This document shows positions 13,785 to 24,015 of a stretch of DNA of 30,283 nucleotides, one piece after another. The notes below the pieces were generated by a model. The model was not told the origin of the DNA, did no database searches, and saw only the letters and a program-made list of their open reading frames with translations. Every line of letters starts with the position of its first letter. Position 1 is the first letter of the stretch. Source of the DNA: a virus (Duplodnaviria > Caudoviricetes); IMG/VR virus record IMGVR_UViG_3300040985_000156, positions 1 to 30,283 of that record. The stretch is one strand, 5' to 3'. Both the position numbers and the translations under genes were made by a program.

Positions 13785-16235
13785 TCATCGGAATCCGCCG
13801 CCTGTCTGAACAATACTTGATGGCGGTAGCCAATATGTTTGATCGTTCTGCGTCTTGGCGCGGCGTTCCATTCTGCGAAGATAACCTGGGTTTATGGATT
13901 CTTGCAGTTGATACCACACCAGATAATTCATTGCCTCTTTGGTGTAGAACAAATTGGCGAATGGGACATTGCCCTTTGCCAGCCTTACAAAATCACCACC
14001 AACATCTTCGCCACTTCTAAACTTTTGCGCGAGATCAATGCCTTGGAAAATTGTGCCTATTCCTGGCCCAGCGGCAGTTTCTAAAGTGCCGCCACCGTAT
14101 CTACTAGCCTCACCGAACAAGAAGTCACCGTATATGCCCAATCCACCGCCCTGTAACGCGGCAGCAAGAAAAGTTTCTGGGCTTGCGGGGCGCATTTCCC
14201 GACCCTTTGCTAGCTCCTTGAGCTGCATAACATAGTAACCCAAAAGAGTAGTACCAACTACAGTGTTTATTAAGCCAACATTAGCACCAACACCGCGCTG
14301 TAATTGCTCCTTAATAGACTTTGCACCATATCCATGGAGTTGTCGCCCAACACCCTTGGTTAATGCTGTCACACCAAACGACTTAAACATTCCCACAAAC
14401 CTGATCGCCTCGCCGCCCCTTGTGCCTGGACGATAACCACCCCTCATAATCGCACGTTCTCTTGCACCAGGTGACGGAACCGAAAAATCTGCCTCTGATA
14501 CTAAGAGAGCAAACATATTCTCCCTGATCTTAACATCTGGTATTTCACCAGGAATAAGATAAACGCGACCATCTGGACCTTTTTTCGCGCCCTTACGCGC
14601 AAGCTCCCAGCCCTTTTGATCTATGCCGTATGTATTAAGAATGCGACGAAGATCCTCTGGAACCTTATCATATCGCTTGCTAGCCTCACGGCCTAGATCG
14701 TTAGCAATCATTAGCGTTACGCCGCGCTTGTTGCTTTCCGTCCAAGGTTGCAGCAGGTTAAGCTTAAAGAACAAAGACATCATCTTAGATGTTTGGCCTG
14801 GCACATCATCGGCAGCATTAAAGCGAGACATGAAGTCACCTAGCTGTCCCTCTAGTCCAACCCCAAGGCGATCTGAAAACTCGCGCATTTCACCTTGGTT
14901 CATCCCCTTGAATACTGCCGACAATCCATCGCCCCAAGCATCCATCAAAGATCTGCCCTGATACATTCTGTTAGATGCAATAAACGCAACATCAGCCAAA
15001 GCAGATACCCAAGCGCCACCCAACTTTGCCATCGTCTGAATGGATCTAAAACCATGAAGCCATCTAGCAATGGGAGTGTGAGATCCAATATTTATATCTC
15101 CCGTCACCTCATCAAGAGCGGCTTGGAATGTAAGCGTAGAACTCCTTCGCTGAATCCTCTTTAATTTTGCTGGATCATTTCGGTATGTGTATTCCATGCG
15201 CTTAATTACGCGATCAACCATTGCTTGTGGGTTCGTTCCCAACATCTCCATAAGAGCAGTGGCTCTAGATGCTGATTGAATGTCTTGCAAAAAAGCTTCG
15301 CGCAATGACGCCTTGCCAAACTTTTGGTCGTAGTCGTACCAATCGTTAGGGCTTTTAAAAGTAAACACCCCAGACGCGCTTTCCTTTTTAGCAAGGTTGC
15401 CTGGTCCTTTAAATGCTTTGGAGATCTCTGTGCTGTCACCCTGTTTGCGAACACCACTAACGATTGCCTGATACGCACTATCAAGAAAACCGTCTATCCT
15501 ATCGGCAGCAATATCCATTTTCTCATAGTCAAGCTTGTCTCGAATGTATGCTTTCCACTCATCAATCCCAGCCTTAACAAGCCTCCGCTGATCGTGGCTT
15601 GCCTGGACAACACGACCCTCTTTTAATCTTATATAAGCACCAGCTTGGTTCTCACGCTGCAAAGCTACGCGTTGATACTTGAATAGTATTTTACCCAAAG
15701 CAACAGCATCAGCAGAAGCGCCAGGCACACCAACAGGAGACTTCATGTTTAAGTCACCAATTACATTAGCGACCTCTCTTTCAAAGTCACCTTTCATATT
15801 ATTAAACTGCACATTAAGGTTGGCTTTTTTTAAGTCAGCAGTCATTCCTCCAAGGTATGAGTTTACCAATCCAACAGTAATTGAATCAACAGAACGAGCA
15901 GATCCCTCAAATGGAGCATTAACCCCCACAAGAGGAGCCTCTAAGCCAAGAGAAGGATCTCCGACCATTTCGTCAGCCCGCTTAACAAGAGCCATTATCT
16001 TTTGCTCTTTCAAGATATTCATATATCGGTCGCGTTTTTCAATCTTTTTGGCAAGTTCGGCCTCTTTAGCCATGACCAAGCCACGATCAAATATTGCTGA
16101 TTCTATATTCCCCAGCGCACCCTCTGCTTGACGCGCCTTTTTTTCGGCATTTAGCTCAGTAAGGATTTCATCAAGCTGTTTATCACTCAATCGGCCCTTG
16201 TTTGCGTTATCAACAATTTTTAAACAATCTGCCAT
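13785..16235 (-). CDS. Internal virion (ejection) protein, large
   Basis: 816 aa helical protein starting MADCLKIV (TAATG overlap). Hydrophobic C-terminal region GGGLGIYGDFLF...PFANLFY...PGYLRR. Position before the fibre gene. Confidence 0.8.
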   Translation of the reverse strand: MADCLKIVDNANKGRLSDKQLDEILTELNAEKKARQAEGALGNIESAIFDRGLVMAKEAELAKKIEKRDRYMNILKEQKIMALVKRADEMVGDPSLGLEAPLVGVNAPFEGSARSVDSITVGLVNSYLGGMTADLKKANLNVQFNNMKGDFEREVANVIGDLNMKSPVGVPGASADAVALGKILFKYQRVALQRENQAGAYIRLKEGRVVQASHDQRRLVKAGIDEWKAYIRDKLDYEKMDIAADRIDGFLDSAYQAIVSGVRKQGDSTEISKAFKGPGNLAKKESASGVFTFKSPNDWYDYDQKFGKASLREAFLQDIQSASRATALMEMLGTNPQAMVDRVIKRMEYTYRNDPAKLKRIQRRSSTLTFQAALDEVTGDINIGSHTPIARWLHGFRSIQTMAKLGGAWVSALADVAFIASNRMYQGRSLMDAWGDGLSAVFKGMNQGEMREFSDRLGVGLEGQLGDFMSRFNAADDVPGQTSKMMSLFFKLNLLQPWTESNKRGVTLMIANDLGREASKRYDKVPEDLRRILNTYGIDQKGWELARKGAKKGPDGRVYLIPGEIPDVKIRENMFALLVSEADFSVPSPGARERAIMRGGYRPGTRGGEAIRFVGMFKSFGVTALTKGVGRQLHGYGAKSIKEQLQRGVGANVGLINTVVGTTLLGYYVMQLKELAKGREMRPASPETFLAAALQGGGLGIYGDFLFGEASRYGGGTLETAAGPGIGTIFQGIDLAQKFRSGEDVGGDFVRLAKGNVPFANLFYTKEAMNYLVWYQLQESINPGYLRRMERRAKTQNDQTYWLPPSSIVQTGGGFR

Positions 16236-18097
16236 TATGACCTCGCTAAGCAAACGGTTGCCGCCTCTGTAACTTCTACATAAGCTTGCGTCTGTGCCTC
16301 TATATTTTTTATACCATCAAGCTCTTCGATTTGATAATCAAGAAGATCCCCATCTTCTCGCATTTGCGCGATAATGGCCTCTTCCCTCATAATTATATCA
16401 TCAAGCTCAATATCGTCACCAACCGTATCAAAACGAGCAGCAGCCTCGAAGTCTGCTATTGGGTCATTGGTAATATCAGAACCATAACGCGCCAACTTTT
16501 CAGCATGAATGTTCTCAATAGATCTGGCAACATCGTGGTACGCATCAATAGCATCGTCACCAGTTTCATCCATGCGCTTAGAGATTGAAGCCACTTCTTC
16601 GTCTGAAAGGTTTGTAACTTTGTATTCCTCAAGGTCGGAACGAATACCGTCTCTGCGCCCAATCTCAGCGTCAGACCAACCTTTAGCCTTATTGTATTCT
16701 ATCCAATCTTGAGCGGCGTCCACGTCTTTCATTGAGAAGACAGGCTCTCCAGAGGCTTCCCGTCTAAGGGCTTCCATTAAAAGATCGGTGTCTCGCTCCG
16801 GTATGTATCCAGCCTCAAAGGCAGCAGCAGCCATGTCATCAAGATCGCTTCCGCTCTTAGGATTGCTGATTGAGCTAACTACACGCTTATTGTTTCTTGT
16901 GTAATCAGATCGCCCTTGAATATCTAAGTTCTGTATTTCCCCTCGGAACGTAGGGGACGTGTCGTTAATGCCGCCATTTTGCTTAATGAAGCTAAATAGT
17001 GTTTGCGGTTTTTTTGCAGACGGGGGAACGAGCATTTCTACCTGCACCGCTTGGTCTGTAACGTACTGGCGGATAGCCGTTTCGTATGTAATCTTGCCTC
17101 CCGTTATGCCATACATCTCACGGGTCTGCTTGACTGCACGATCAGCTTTAGCAAAAGCTTCGGCCTCGGTCATTCTTTTCGGTTCTGAAATAACAACCGC
17201 TTCAAGATCTGCCCTGACAGCAGCGTCTATCTCTATCGAATCAATAACGGCTTTCGCGTCAACATCAGCGCGACTAAGCATCCCAGCCACGGTGCCAATC
17301 CCGCCGCCCAGAAATAGGCCAGCGCCTACATTGAGCAAGGCTTCGCTCATCGTGTAATCAAGTTGCTGATCCTTGGATAAACCATAGTACAGAGGCTCAG
17401 TTAGCAAAGCGCCAGCAGTGCCTTCTACTGCTCCGACCCTAGCCCTACCACCCACGCGGCCAAATCTAGCTACAGACGCCGCCCTACCAGCAGGACCAAC
17501 AAACGGTATAAACATTGTCGCAACTTCTACTGGGTCTGTTGCTACCGCCAGCATTCCGCCGCCAAACTTTGCAATCCCAGCAGTAAACCCAGATGGACTG
17601 CGAGATGCTATGGCGTTCCGGACAACCTCTTCTTTCTTGCCAGCGTATAAAAGCTTGGCCTCTTCATCCGACATCACTCTGTCAAATTTAAGAAGGTCTC
17701 CATATTTCTCAGTAAGGCTCTCTGGGGTTTGAAGTCTGCCCTCATCAATCGCTTGCTGAAAGATAGATTCCTTTTGCGTATCTTTTTCCTGATATATCGC
17801 GTCTAGCTGAGAGGTGAGTTGTAATCGAAGAGCAGGATCTGTTTCTGTAGCAAGATCAAACTCTATTGCCTTTTGACGGCCAGCCCGATCCCGCTCTGCT
17901 TCAAAAAACTCTTGACGCTGAACATCAGTAATCGCACGGGAAGTCGCTCTGGTTTGCTCGAATGAGCGGGATATCAACTCGCCCGTCATTGGCGTTTGAA
18001 CGATCTCAGAAACAGCCCTGCCTAGAGAAACCCTTAACTCATCAGCGCCGACAGCGCGAAGCATTCTATTTTCTGTTTGGAGTGGGCGAGGCTGCAT
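16235..18097 (-). CDS. Internal virion (ejection) protein
   Basis: 620 aa with Gly/Ala-rich hydrophobic helices (DPVEVATMFIP, GAGLFLGGGIG). Located in the ejectosome block. Confidence 0.75.
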   Translation of the reverse strand: MQPRPLQTENRMLRAVGADELRVSLGRAVSEIVQTPMTGELISRSFEQTRATSRAITDVQRQEFFEAERDRAGRQKAIEFDLATETDPALRLQLTSQLDAIYQEKDTQKESIFQQAIDEGRLQTPESLTEKYGDLLKFDRVMSDEEAKLLYAGKKEEVVRNAIASRSPSGFTAGIAKFGGGMLAVATDPVEVATMFIPFVGPAGRAASVARFGRVGGRARVGAVEGTAGALLTEPLYYGLSKDQQLDYTMSEALLNVGAGLFLGGGIGTVAGMLSRADVDAKAVIDSIEIDAAVRADLEAVVISEPKRMTEAEAFAKADRAVKQTREMYGITGGKITYETAIRQYVTDQAVQVEMLVPPSAKKPQTLFSFIKQNGGINDTSPTFRGEIQNLDIQGRSDYTRNNKRVVSSISNPKSGSDLDDMAAAAFEAGYIPERDTDLLMEALRREASGEPVFSMKDVDAAQDWIEYNKAKGWSDAEIGRRDGIRSDLEEYKVTNLSDEEVASISKRMDETGDDAIDAYHDVARSIENIHAEKLARYGSDITNDPIADFEAAARFDTVGDDIELDDIIMREEAIIAQMREDGDLLDYQIEELDGIKNIEAQTQAYVEVTEAATVCLARS

Positions 18098-20433
18098 TAC
18101 TTATTTTCCTCAACAATTCGTTGAATATCGGAGGCGTATGGGTTGGCCTCATCAATTACAACGGCTTCCTCTACAGCTCTTCCAGCCTGTATTTGACCCT
18201 CCTGTGCATATCCCGCCGCTTCAACAGACATTTCACTTGAGCTATATAGCCTCTTTACCAAAGCTGGCAGCTCTGAAAACTTGACCTCAAATCCAGAGGG
18301 AAGCACCACACCGTTTATGTCATAGTGCAGACTTAGCCCATCTCCAGTGCTGTTGTTCAAAAACTTTCCAGTGGATGAAAGTGAAGCCAACGCAACAGCT
18401 TCATCAACAAAGTCTGGAGCAGCGGGTGAGTCCAGTGGCTCTATACCAAGTTGGCCGAGCGCGTCTCCAGCCATTAACATAGACACATTGTATCGAACGA
18501 CCTGTGGATCGAAATCCATTGGGACGACATAACGCCCACTCGTCTCTATAACTACTTGGTTGTACTCTGGTATTAAATCATTGATTGCGGATTCCACTGC
18601 GTCAGAAATATTGCCAACACTTCCGTTTTTCAACCTTGTAAAAGCAAGCTTCTGGGCCGTATTTACTTGCTGATTAAATATATCGTTAGCAACATTTCCG
18701 CCGCCACTCAGATATGCTTGCCGGTATTCACCCAGCACATCATTCATTTCAGTTATAACTTCATTTTTTGTCGTGTTTGGAAGACCCTCTAATATATTAG
18801 AAACCTCCATTAACGACATATCGACTAGCGCCTTTTGAACCGCAGGATTGTTTACATACATTGCCTGTACGTATTCTGGGCGCAGGCCTTGAGCGCGAAG
18901 CTCCTCTATAAACCGAGGAGAGTAATCACCAAGGCTATCAGTTATTTCATTGAAGGTTTGAGATGCAACATCAGAGTCAATGTTCTGTATAAAATTAACC
19001 AACTGAGCCGCCATTGACTTTGGCATGACGTTGCGGAGACCTTCTGGAACACCTAGATCGTCATACTGGCCATTCATAACGTCTCTTAGCATCAGCAGAC
19101 TTTCTGCTGCATCCTCTACTCTACCTCGCGAAAATTGTATTGATGTATTCTCAACAATGTCCCCTACAGTTTCATTTGTAGAAACAACGAATGATGCTGC
19201 ATCTTTTGTAATCTTGTCATTTCTTTCGGCAACGGACTGTTCCCAGGCTACAACCCTTTCTTGAGCCACAATTATATCTACTGGGCTTCCCTCAGATTTC
19301 GCTTGAATAAGATCCTCTTCAAGACCCCTTGCAATGATACCAATCTTGCTTCCGTCCATGTAAGCAAGAGCGCCCCTGTTAGCGGCGTCCTCTTGTGCGC
19401 CTTCCCAAGTTTCAGCCAAAGCATCGGCTTGCTCTTCTGGGAATACTGAAGCTATCACGGCTTCAGGAAACTGATAACCAGCGGGGACTTCACCCGTTAG
19501 AGCCAAAGCCTCCATTGCAGCGCTCAAGTCAGTAGTCGTTTCTGTTTGCGCAACGCCAATCTCACGGTCCAGCTTGCCCTGCATGGCGGTTACAAAGTTA
19601 AGGTTTGCTTCGTATGAAACTCCAGGAAGGGGACTTTCTTCGTACTGCTCAATCAATGAACGCTTCTCGTTAATTCCCGCAGCTTCATTAAAAAGATAAA
19701 CTCTGTTTTGACGAACAGCTACCTTCATGGTGCTATCTACAACCGTACGTGCCTTTTCGTCAGACACACCAAGCGCCAACTGGCTTTCCTGTAGCTTTTC
19801 ACCTGCCGCGACAAGTGACTCTTCAGTGGCTCCAGGCTGTGTTGCGCTATCAATTAGTGCTTGGGAACCCGCAGAAACAGTTCTGTTTACGGTTTGCGCC
19901 CAAGCTATTTTGGCCTTTTTAAATACAACTTCTGAATATCGGTTTTCATAGCTAGATGAAGACCCAGCAAGCCTAGCTCCAAGAACACCAGCAGCAACCG
20001 GATCAACAACCTCTAGTGAAGCTTTGTACCCGTCATTGATATCCTTCATTCTCGCTTGATATGTCGGCATAGACATATTTTCTTTGTCTGCCTCAAGAGT
20101 AAGCGCTTGCATATCTTGCGTGGCAAGCGTCTCGATTTCTACCACGGCAATTCTATTGGCAGCAGCGGCAGCAGCCTTTTCGGCAACGCCTCTAGGTCCG
20201 CCACCAGCTTCTATCGACTGAAGCGTAGGTATTGCGCCCTCTTCACGAACACGCTCTTCGCCACGCTCAACAGCTTTTTCTTCTGCCTTTTGAAATGCAA
20301 AGTTAGACATACGATCAAGTTGCTGAGAAAGCGTTTGATTTAGCTTTGCTTGCTCCCGAACATCAGCAAAGTCTAAGTTTTGCATCAGACGTGCCGTTAT
20401 GCCTGTGCGCTGATATCTTGGAAGAATAGCCAT
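18097..20433 (-). CDS. Internal virion protein (T7 gp15-like position)
   Basis: 778 aa acidic helical protein beginning MAILPRYQ. Follows the small gp14-like gene. Confidence 0.7.
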   Translation of the reverse strand: MAILPRYQRTGITARLMQNLDFADVREQAKLNQTLSQQLDRMSNFAFQKAEEKAVERGEERVREEGAIPTLQSIEAGGGPRGVAEKAAAAAANRIAVVEIETLATQDMQALTLEADKENMSMPTYQARMKDINDGYKASLEVVDPVAAGVLGARLAGSSSSYENRYSEVVFKKAKIAWAQTVNRTVSAGSQALIDSATQPGATEESLVAAGEKLQESQLALGVSDEKARTVVDSTMKVAVRQNRVYLFNEAAGINEKRSLIEQYEESPLPGVSYEANLNFVTAMQGKLDREIGVAQTETTTDLSAAMEALALTGEVPAGYQFPEAVIASVFPEEQADALAETWEGAQEDAANRGALAYMDGSKIGIIARGLEEDLIQAKSEGSPVDIIVAQERVVAWEQSVAERNDKITKDAASFVVSTNETVGDIVENTSIQFSRGRVEDAAESLLMLRDVMNGQYDDLGVPEGLRNVMPKSMAAQLVNFIQNIDSDVASQTFNEITDSLGDYSPRFIEELRAQGLRPEYVQAMYVNNPAVQKALVDMSLMEVSNILEGLPNTTKNEVITEMNDVLGEYRQAYLSGGGNVANDIFNQQVNTAQKLAFTRLKNGSVGNISDAVESAINDLIPEYNQVVIETSGRYVVPMDFDPQVVRYNVSMLMAGDALGQLGIEPLDSPAAPDFVDEAVALASLSSTGKFLNNSTGDGLSLHYDINGVVLPSGFEVKFSELPALVKRLYSSSEMSVEAAGYAQEGQIQAGRAVEEAVVIDEANPYASDIQRIVEENK

Positions 20434-20446
20434 ACTTTAACCTAAC

Positions 20447-20890
20447 CTATAATTGCCCTGCGGTATATGCAGCTTCGCCAAGCGTAGTAATAGCCTCGAC
20501 TTTACCGCGATACTTAGCAGTCTCACCGGCGCTCTTGTAAATGTAAGCTTGCTCGGAAGCTTGGCCTATTGCCATAGCTGCGTTATCAGCAGCAATATTA
20601 AACTCATCAACGCCCTGACCCATTGCAAATTGCTGCATGGTTGCAGCAGATCCGGATGTTGCATCAACGCCGCCAGCAGCAGCCCTAGATATGATGGCCG
20701 CTAATGTTTCATTTAATCGCCCTAAGGCGTCTGCACCTTTTTGCTTAAAACCAAGTGCCTCAGATCTGCCGCGAAGGTCAGCCTGTTCAGCTTGAAGGTC
20801 ATAGCCGCGTTGCTCTGCCTTACCCTTTTCGTAAGACGCTTTGGCGCTGAGAGCGCTGGTTCCAAGTGCGACCGCTGTTGCTACTTCCAT
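20447..20890 (-). CDS. Small internal virion protein (T7 gp14-like)
   Basis: Hydrophobic N-terminus, Ala-rich, AAAGGV...GS motif. Directly after tail tubular B. Confidence 0.7.
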   Translation of the reverse strand: MEVATAVALGTSALSAKASYEKGKAEQRGYDLQAEQADLRGRSEALGFKQKGADALGRLNETLAAIISRAAAGGVDATSGSAATMQQFAMGQGVDEFNIAADNAAMAIGQASEQAYIYKSAGETAKYRGKVEAITTLGEAAYTAGQL

Positions 20891-20893
20891 ATC

Positions 20894-23089
20894 TTAACTC
20901 CCCACGCTCAAACGGTACTCAAGACCTAGAACAATCATTTCCAATGGAACATTCTGGCTGATCGTAATCTGCCCCGTGCCGCTATAACCCAGCAAACCGT
21001 GCATTGTTTTAATGCCAGTGAACGGTTCAACCGGTGAATCAAGAACATTCTCGCCAAAGTTTCTGAATGAAACCTGCTTGCCGTTAATGGTCATATCCTT
21101 GGTGCTGTTTACAATCGCATCAACCTGGATAATCCGCTTCTTAAATCCCTGCACAGATCCAGACGACAGAACTGGCTCCGCTGGCATTGTCCTAGCAGTA
21201 ACCGTGTAATTCAATCCGACCTGATAACTTGACGTAGCAGGGGATGCAAAGGTGATTGTGTATGGCGAAGCGGGAACCGTCTGTGCTGGCTCCAGAATAC
21301 CGTCTCTGATGATCTGGACCGTTTCCCCTTGAAGCTGGTTCATGTTCACTGAGGAGGCCGCTCCTCCGCTCTTAACGCTATCCAAAGTCAAATCAGGCTC
21401 AAACTTCTCTAGCATGTAGTTGGCAGTGCCATTTATCGTGCGCTTAACGATTGCATAAACGTCTGCAACCTCTACGCCGACAGCTATGTACTCGCCATCA
21501 GTCACGAACCGGCTAGGCGCAATAACATTTTGCCCGACCAGGATGGAGTAAACCGCCATCGTGCCATCGTCACCGTTGACCACGAACAAGCGGTCGGACT
21601 CATCTGTAGACGCAGCCCTACGCGCAGCCATATCAACAGGGTTCTTGAGCAAGTGAGAGCTAAGAGCGGATATGTTCTGAACCTGGTAAGACGCTGTGGT
21701 GTCGCCAAACTGGAACACGTTGATTGATTTACCTTGACGCTGAATAAAGATTGACGCGCCGTTTAGCTCTTCAATCGGGATACCAGCCTTTGATCCCAAC
21801 CTTGTCTGAGGCCGAACAAAGAATGTTGATGGCGTAATCGGATCACCAGAGGTTTGCAAGATTACGAACTCACCACCGGTCGTAAAGATCCGGAAGTCAT
21901 TGCCTGAGAATAGATTAACGATAGTGTTAAGCTGGTTGGTGTTAATAGTGGCCTCAACACTCTCATCAGCAAGGCCAGTACCTGCGCTGAAATCAAAGTA
22001 GTTGATTACGCCAGAACCCCAGATTGTGTTGGGTCTGGACTTAGATCCACCAAAGTACAACCGGCCCTCATGGAATGCAGCAGAGCGTGGCCAGCCGCGA
22101 GTATTAGACCACACGTCTTCATAGCCATGTTCGCTTTCCCATTCACCGGCAAGAATCGCACCATCGTCAAAGAACGGAACTTCCACTACAGCCTTCATAA
22201 CTGTCGAAGATACATACTCAACATATCTAGCGCGACCGAATGTACTGGTTACTTGCAGATACTCATTAACAGCAGCAGGAGCAAAAGGCTCAACCTTATA
22301 CCCTGTGGTTGCATCTGGCGCTGTGGTCCAAGCGGGATAGACAGTCAGAACCTTTGTAGAAGCAACGAAGTCTTCAACATGGCGCGTCTGACCTGATCCA
22401 GTACCGGAAGTTAAAGTAATGAACATCCCGTTAGGCTGGTCATCCGCATAGGAACTAGAGGCCTTAACTGTAATTGTGTTCGCAGATCCAGCCTGTCCCG
22501 TACCTGTTTCGGTTGTTGCAGCAGACGCAGTGATCTCAATATTGCCCGAAGTGGCGCTGGGCGTAACCGTGAAGTCTGGCTGGTGCGTATCAAAGGCGTA
22601 AGGATACTGGGGAAGGTTGGTTATAGGCAGGTTTTCCAACGTCCAGTTTGTATCTGCATTGCGCACCAGGCGCTTGGTCTGGAGATCTTGATGGCAGAGA
22701 ATGAGCGTATCAACAGCCTGAGTATAATTAATCTCATCCAGCATAGCAGTCGTGATATCTGTAGCAGCCAGATAATCGTTGCCGCTTCCGTTTATGTTGG
22801 TCTGTAGAACGCCAGCCTTAAAGATATAAATGCGCTGAGTAACAAGCACGAGAAAATAGCTATCATCCACACTGAACTCAAACGGGATAACCTTAAAGTC
22901 TGTAAAGCTAGAGCCGAAGTCATGGATAAACTTAGACCCATCACGGCGACGAAACCCGCCCTGTGGCTGGATAATGACGTTAGTAGCTTCCTCAAGACCA
23001 TTCTTATATTGCTGTAGGTCAGTACGAGCGCGAATGAGAGGATCAAGCTCACCAACCGAGAAGTTGGTCTGGAACTGCATAATCCGCAT
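20894..23089 (-). CDS. Tail tubular protein B (nozzle, T7 gp12 / P22 gp10-like)
   Basis: QTNFSVGELDP, QGGFRRRDG, GWPRSAAFHEGRLYFGG, FIQRQG and VGLNY motifs. Confidence 0.88.
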   Translation of the reverse strand: MRIMQFQTNFSVGELDPLIRARTDLQQYKNGLEEATNVIIQPQGGFRRRDGSKFIHDFGSSFTDFKVIPFEFSVDDSYFLVLVTQRIYIFKAGVLQTNINGSGNDYLAATDITTAMLDEINYTQAVDTLILCHQDLQTKRLVRNADTNWTLENLPITNLPQYPYAFDTHQPDFTVTPSATSGNIEITASAATTETGTGQAGSANTITVKASSSYADDQPNGMFITLTSGTGSGQTRHVEDFVASTKVLTVYPAWTTAPDATTGYKVEPFAPAAVNEYLQVTSTFGRARYVEYVSSTVMKAVVEVPFFDDGAILAGEWESEHGYEDVWSNTRGWPRSAAFHEGRLYFGGSKSRPNTIWGSGVINYFDFSAGTGLADESVEATINTNQLNTIVNLFSGNDFRIFTTGGEFVILQTSGDPITPSTFFVRPQTRLGSKAGIPIEELNGASIFIQRQGKSINVFQFGDTTASYQVQNISALSSHLLKNPVDMAARRAASTDESDRLFVVNGDDGTMAVYSILVGQNVIAPSRFVTDGEYIAVGVEVADVYAIVKRTINGTANYMLEKFEPDLTLDSVKSGGAASSVNMNQLQGETVQIIRDGILEPAQTVPASPYTITFASPATSSYQVGLNYTVTARTMPAEPVLSSGSVQGFKKRIIQVDAIVNSTKDMTINGKQVSFRNFGENVLDSPVEPFTGIKTMHGLLGYSGTGQITISQNVPLEMIVLGLEYRLSVGS

Positions 23090-23090
23090 T

Positions 23091-23708
23091 TTAGTATCTC
23101 ACATCAATAAGGGCGTAGTCCTCAATAATCTCCGGTGGCTTGCCACGACCATCTATGTTCATCGCCTCACGCATCAATCCACCACGATTTGACTCGCCTG
23201 GAGATCCGTAAGCCAAAGCGCGGAAATAGTCTGACTTGCTGATTTGGTCTGTGATTGTAAATGCCAACTCCGCTGCCAGCGCAGAGCGCAACAGTCTCAC
23301 AAAGTAATTAGGCATTTTGCTCTCATCAACTGTGCCTTGATAGTCGATGAAGATCTTTTCAAAATTAGTATAAAGCTGATCCCCGTAGATCTCCCAGCCA
23401 TAACGAGTGGGGTTTTCGGATAGACCAGCACTTCTAAATACAGCTAGAACACCAGAGAGTAGATCGCCAGGTAGCTGATAGGCATACTTCCACTCATCAA
23501 TCGGGGCCGTAGACAGGCGGTTAAGCTGAACCTTCTTAACGCTCCAACTCCATTGGTAGTTTGAGAGGATCGAATCTCTGAGATCTGGATAAAGACGATC
23601 ACAAGCCTGAGCCGAATCAGACCCCTCCGTAAACGAAGAAATGGGCGAAGCGCCCAGCAGGATTAAAGCATCAGAACATATTGAAAGTGAAGTGTCGCCA
23701 GCAGCCAT
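23091..23708 (-). CDS. Tail tubular protein A (adaptor, T7 gp11-like)
   Basis: ICSDALILLGA.PI.S, W.W, YQLP.D and LAAELA motifs. Confidence 0.88.
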   Translation of the reverse strand: MAAGDTSLSICSDALILLGASPISSFTEGSDSAQACDRLYPDLRDSILSNYQWSWSVKKVQLNRLSTAPIDEWKYAYQLPGDLLSGVLAVFRSAGLSENPTRYGWEIYGDQLYTNFEKIFIDYQGTVDESKMPNYFVRLLRSALAAELAFTITDQISKSDYFRALAYGSPGESNRGGLMREAMNIDGRGKPPEIIEDYALIDVRY

Positions 23709-23729
23709 AACGGTTCTCCGTAAGAGGTG

Positions 23730-23757
23730 GAGAGGGCCAGTGCGAACCAGCCCTCCC
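23730..23757 (-). terminator. Hairpin after the capsid/decoration genes (weak terminator or stabilising stem)
   Basis: Minus strand GGGAGGGCTGGT-TCGC-ACTGGCCCTCTC, a 12-bp stem with G-U pairs. Poor U-tract. Confidence 0.55.
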
Positions 23758-23762
23758 TTTCT

Positions 23763-24002
23763 TTAGATTACTGCCGCTGTAATAACGCCAGCAGTGTTGG
23801 TTGCTACGAGCGTTTGACCGCCATCGCTACCGTATGTGTAGATCCAATCACCAGTAGTGATAAGAGCCTCAACTGTGTTGAAGTAACCGGAACCGGCAAT
23901 AGTAGCTTTGTTGTCACCAGAGGACTTGTAGCTATAGATTGCAGGAGCATTGCCGCTTTTAGAAGCGCCAACGGTTGACCAGTTTGCTGTTGCGAATGCC
24001 AT
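23763..24002 (-). CDS. Small virion protein, possible capsid decoration
   Basis: 79 aa immediately after the MCP with AAGGAG RBS. YSYKS.D..ATI..SGYFN...L..GD.I motif. Confidence 0.7.
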   Translation of the reverse strand: MAFATANWSTVGASKSGNAPAIYSYKSSGDNKATIAGSGYFNTVEALITTGDWIYTYGSDGGQTLVATNTAGVITAAVI

Positions 24003-24015
24003 GTTTCAGATCTCC

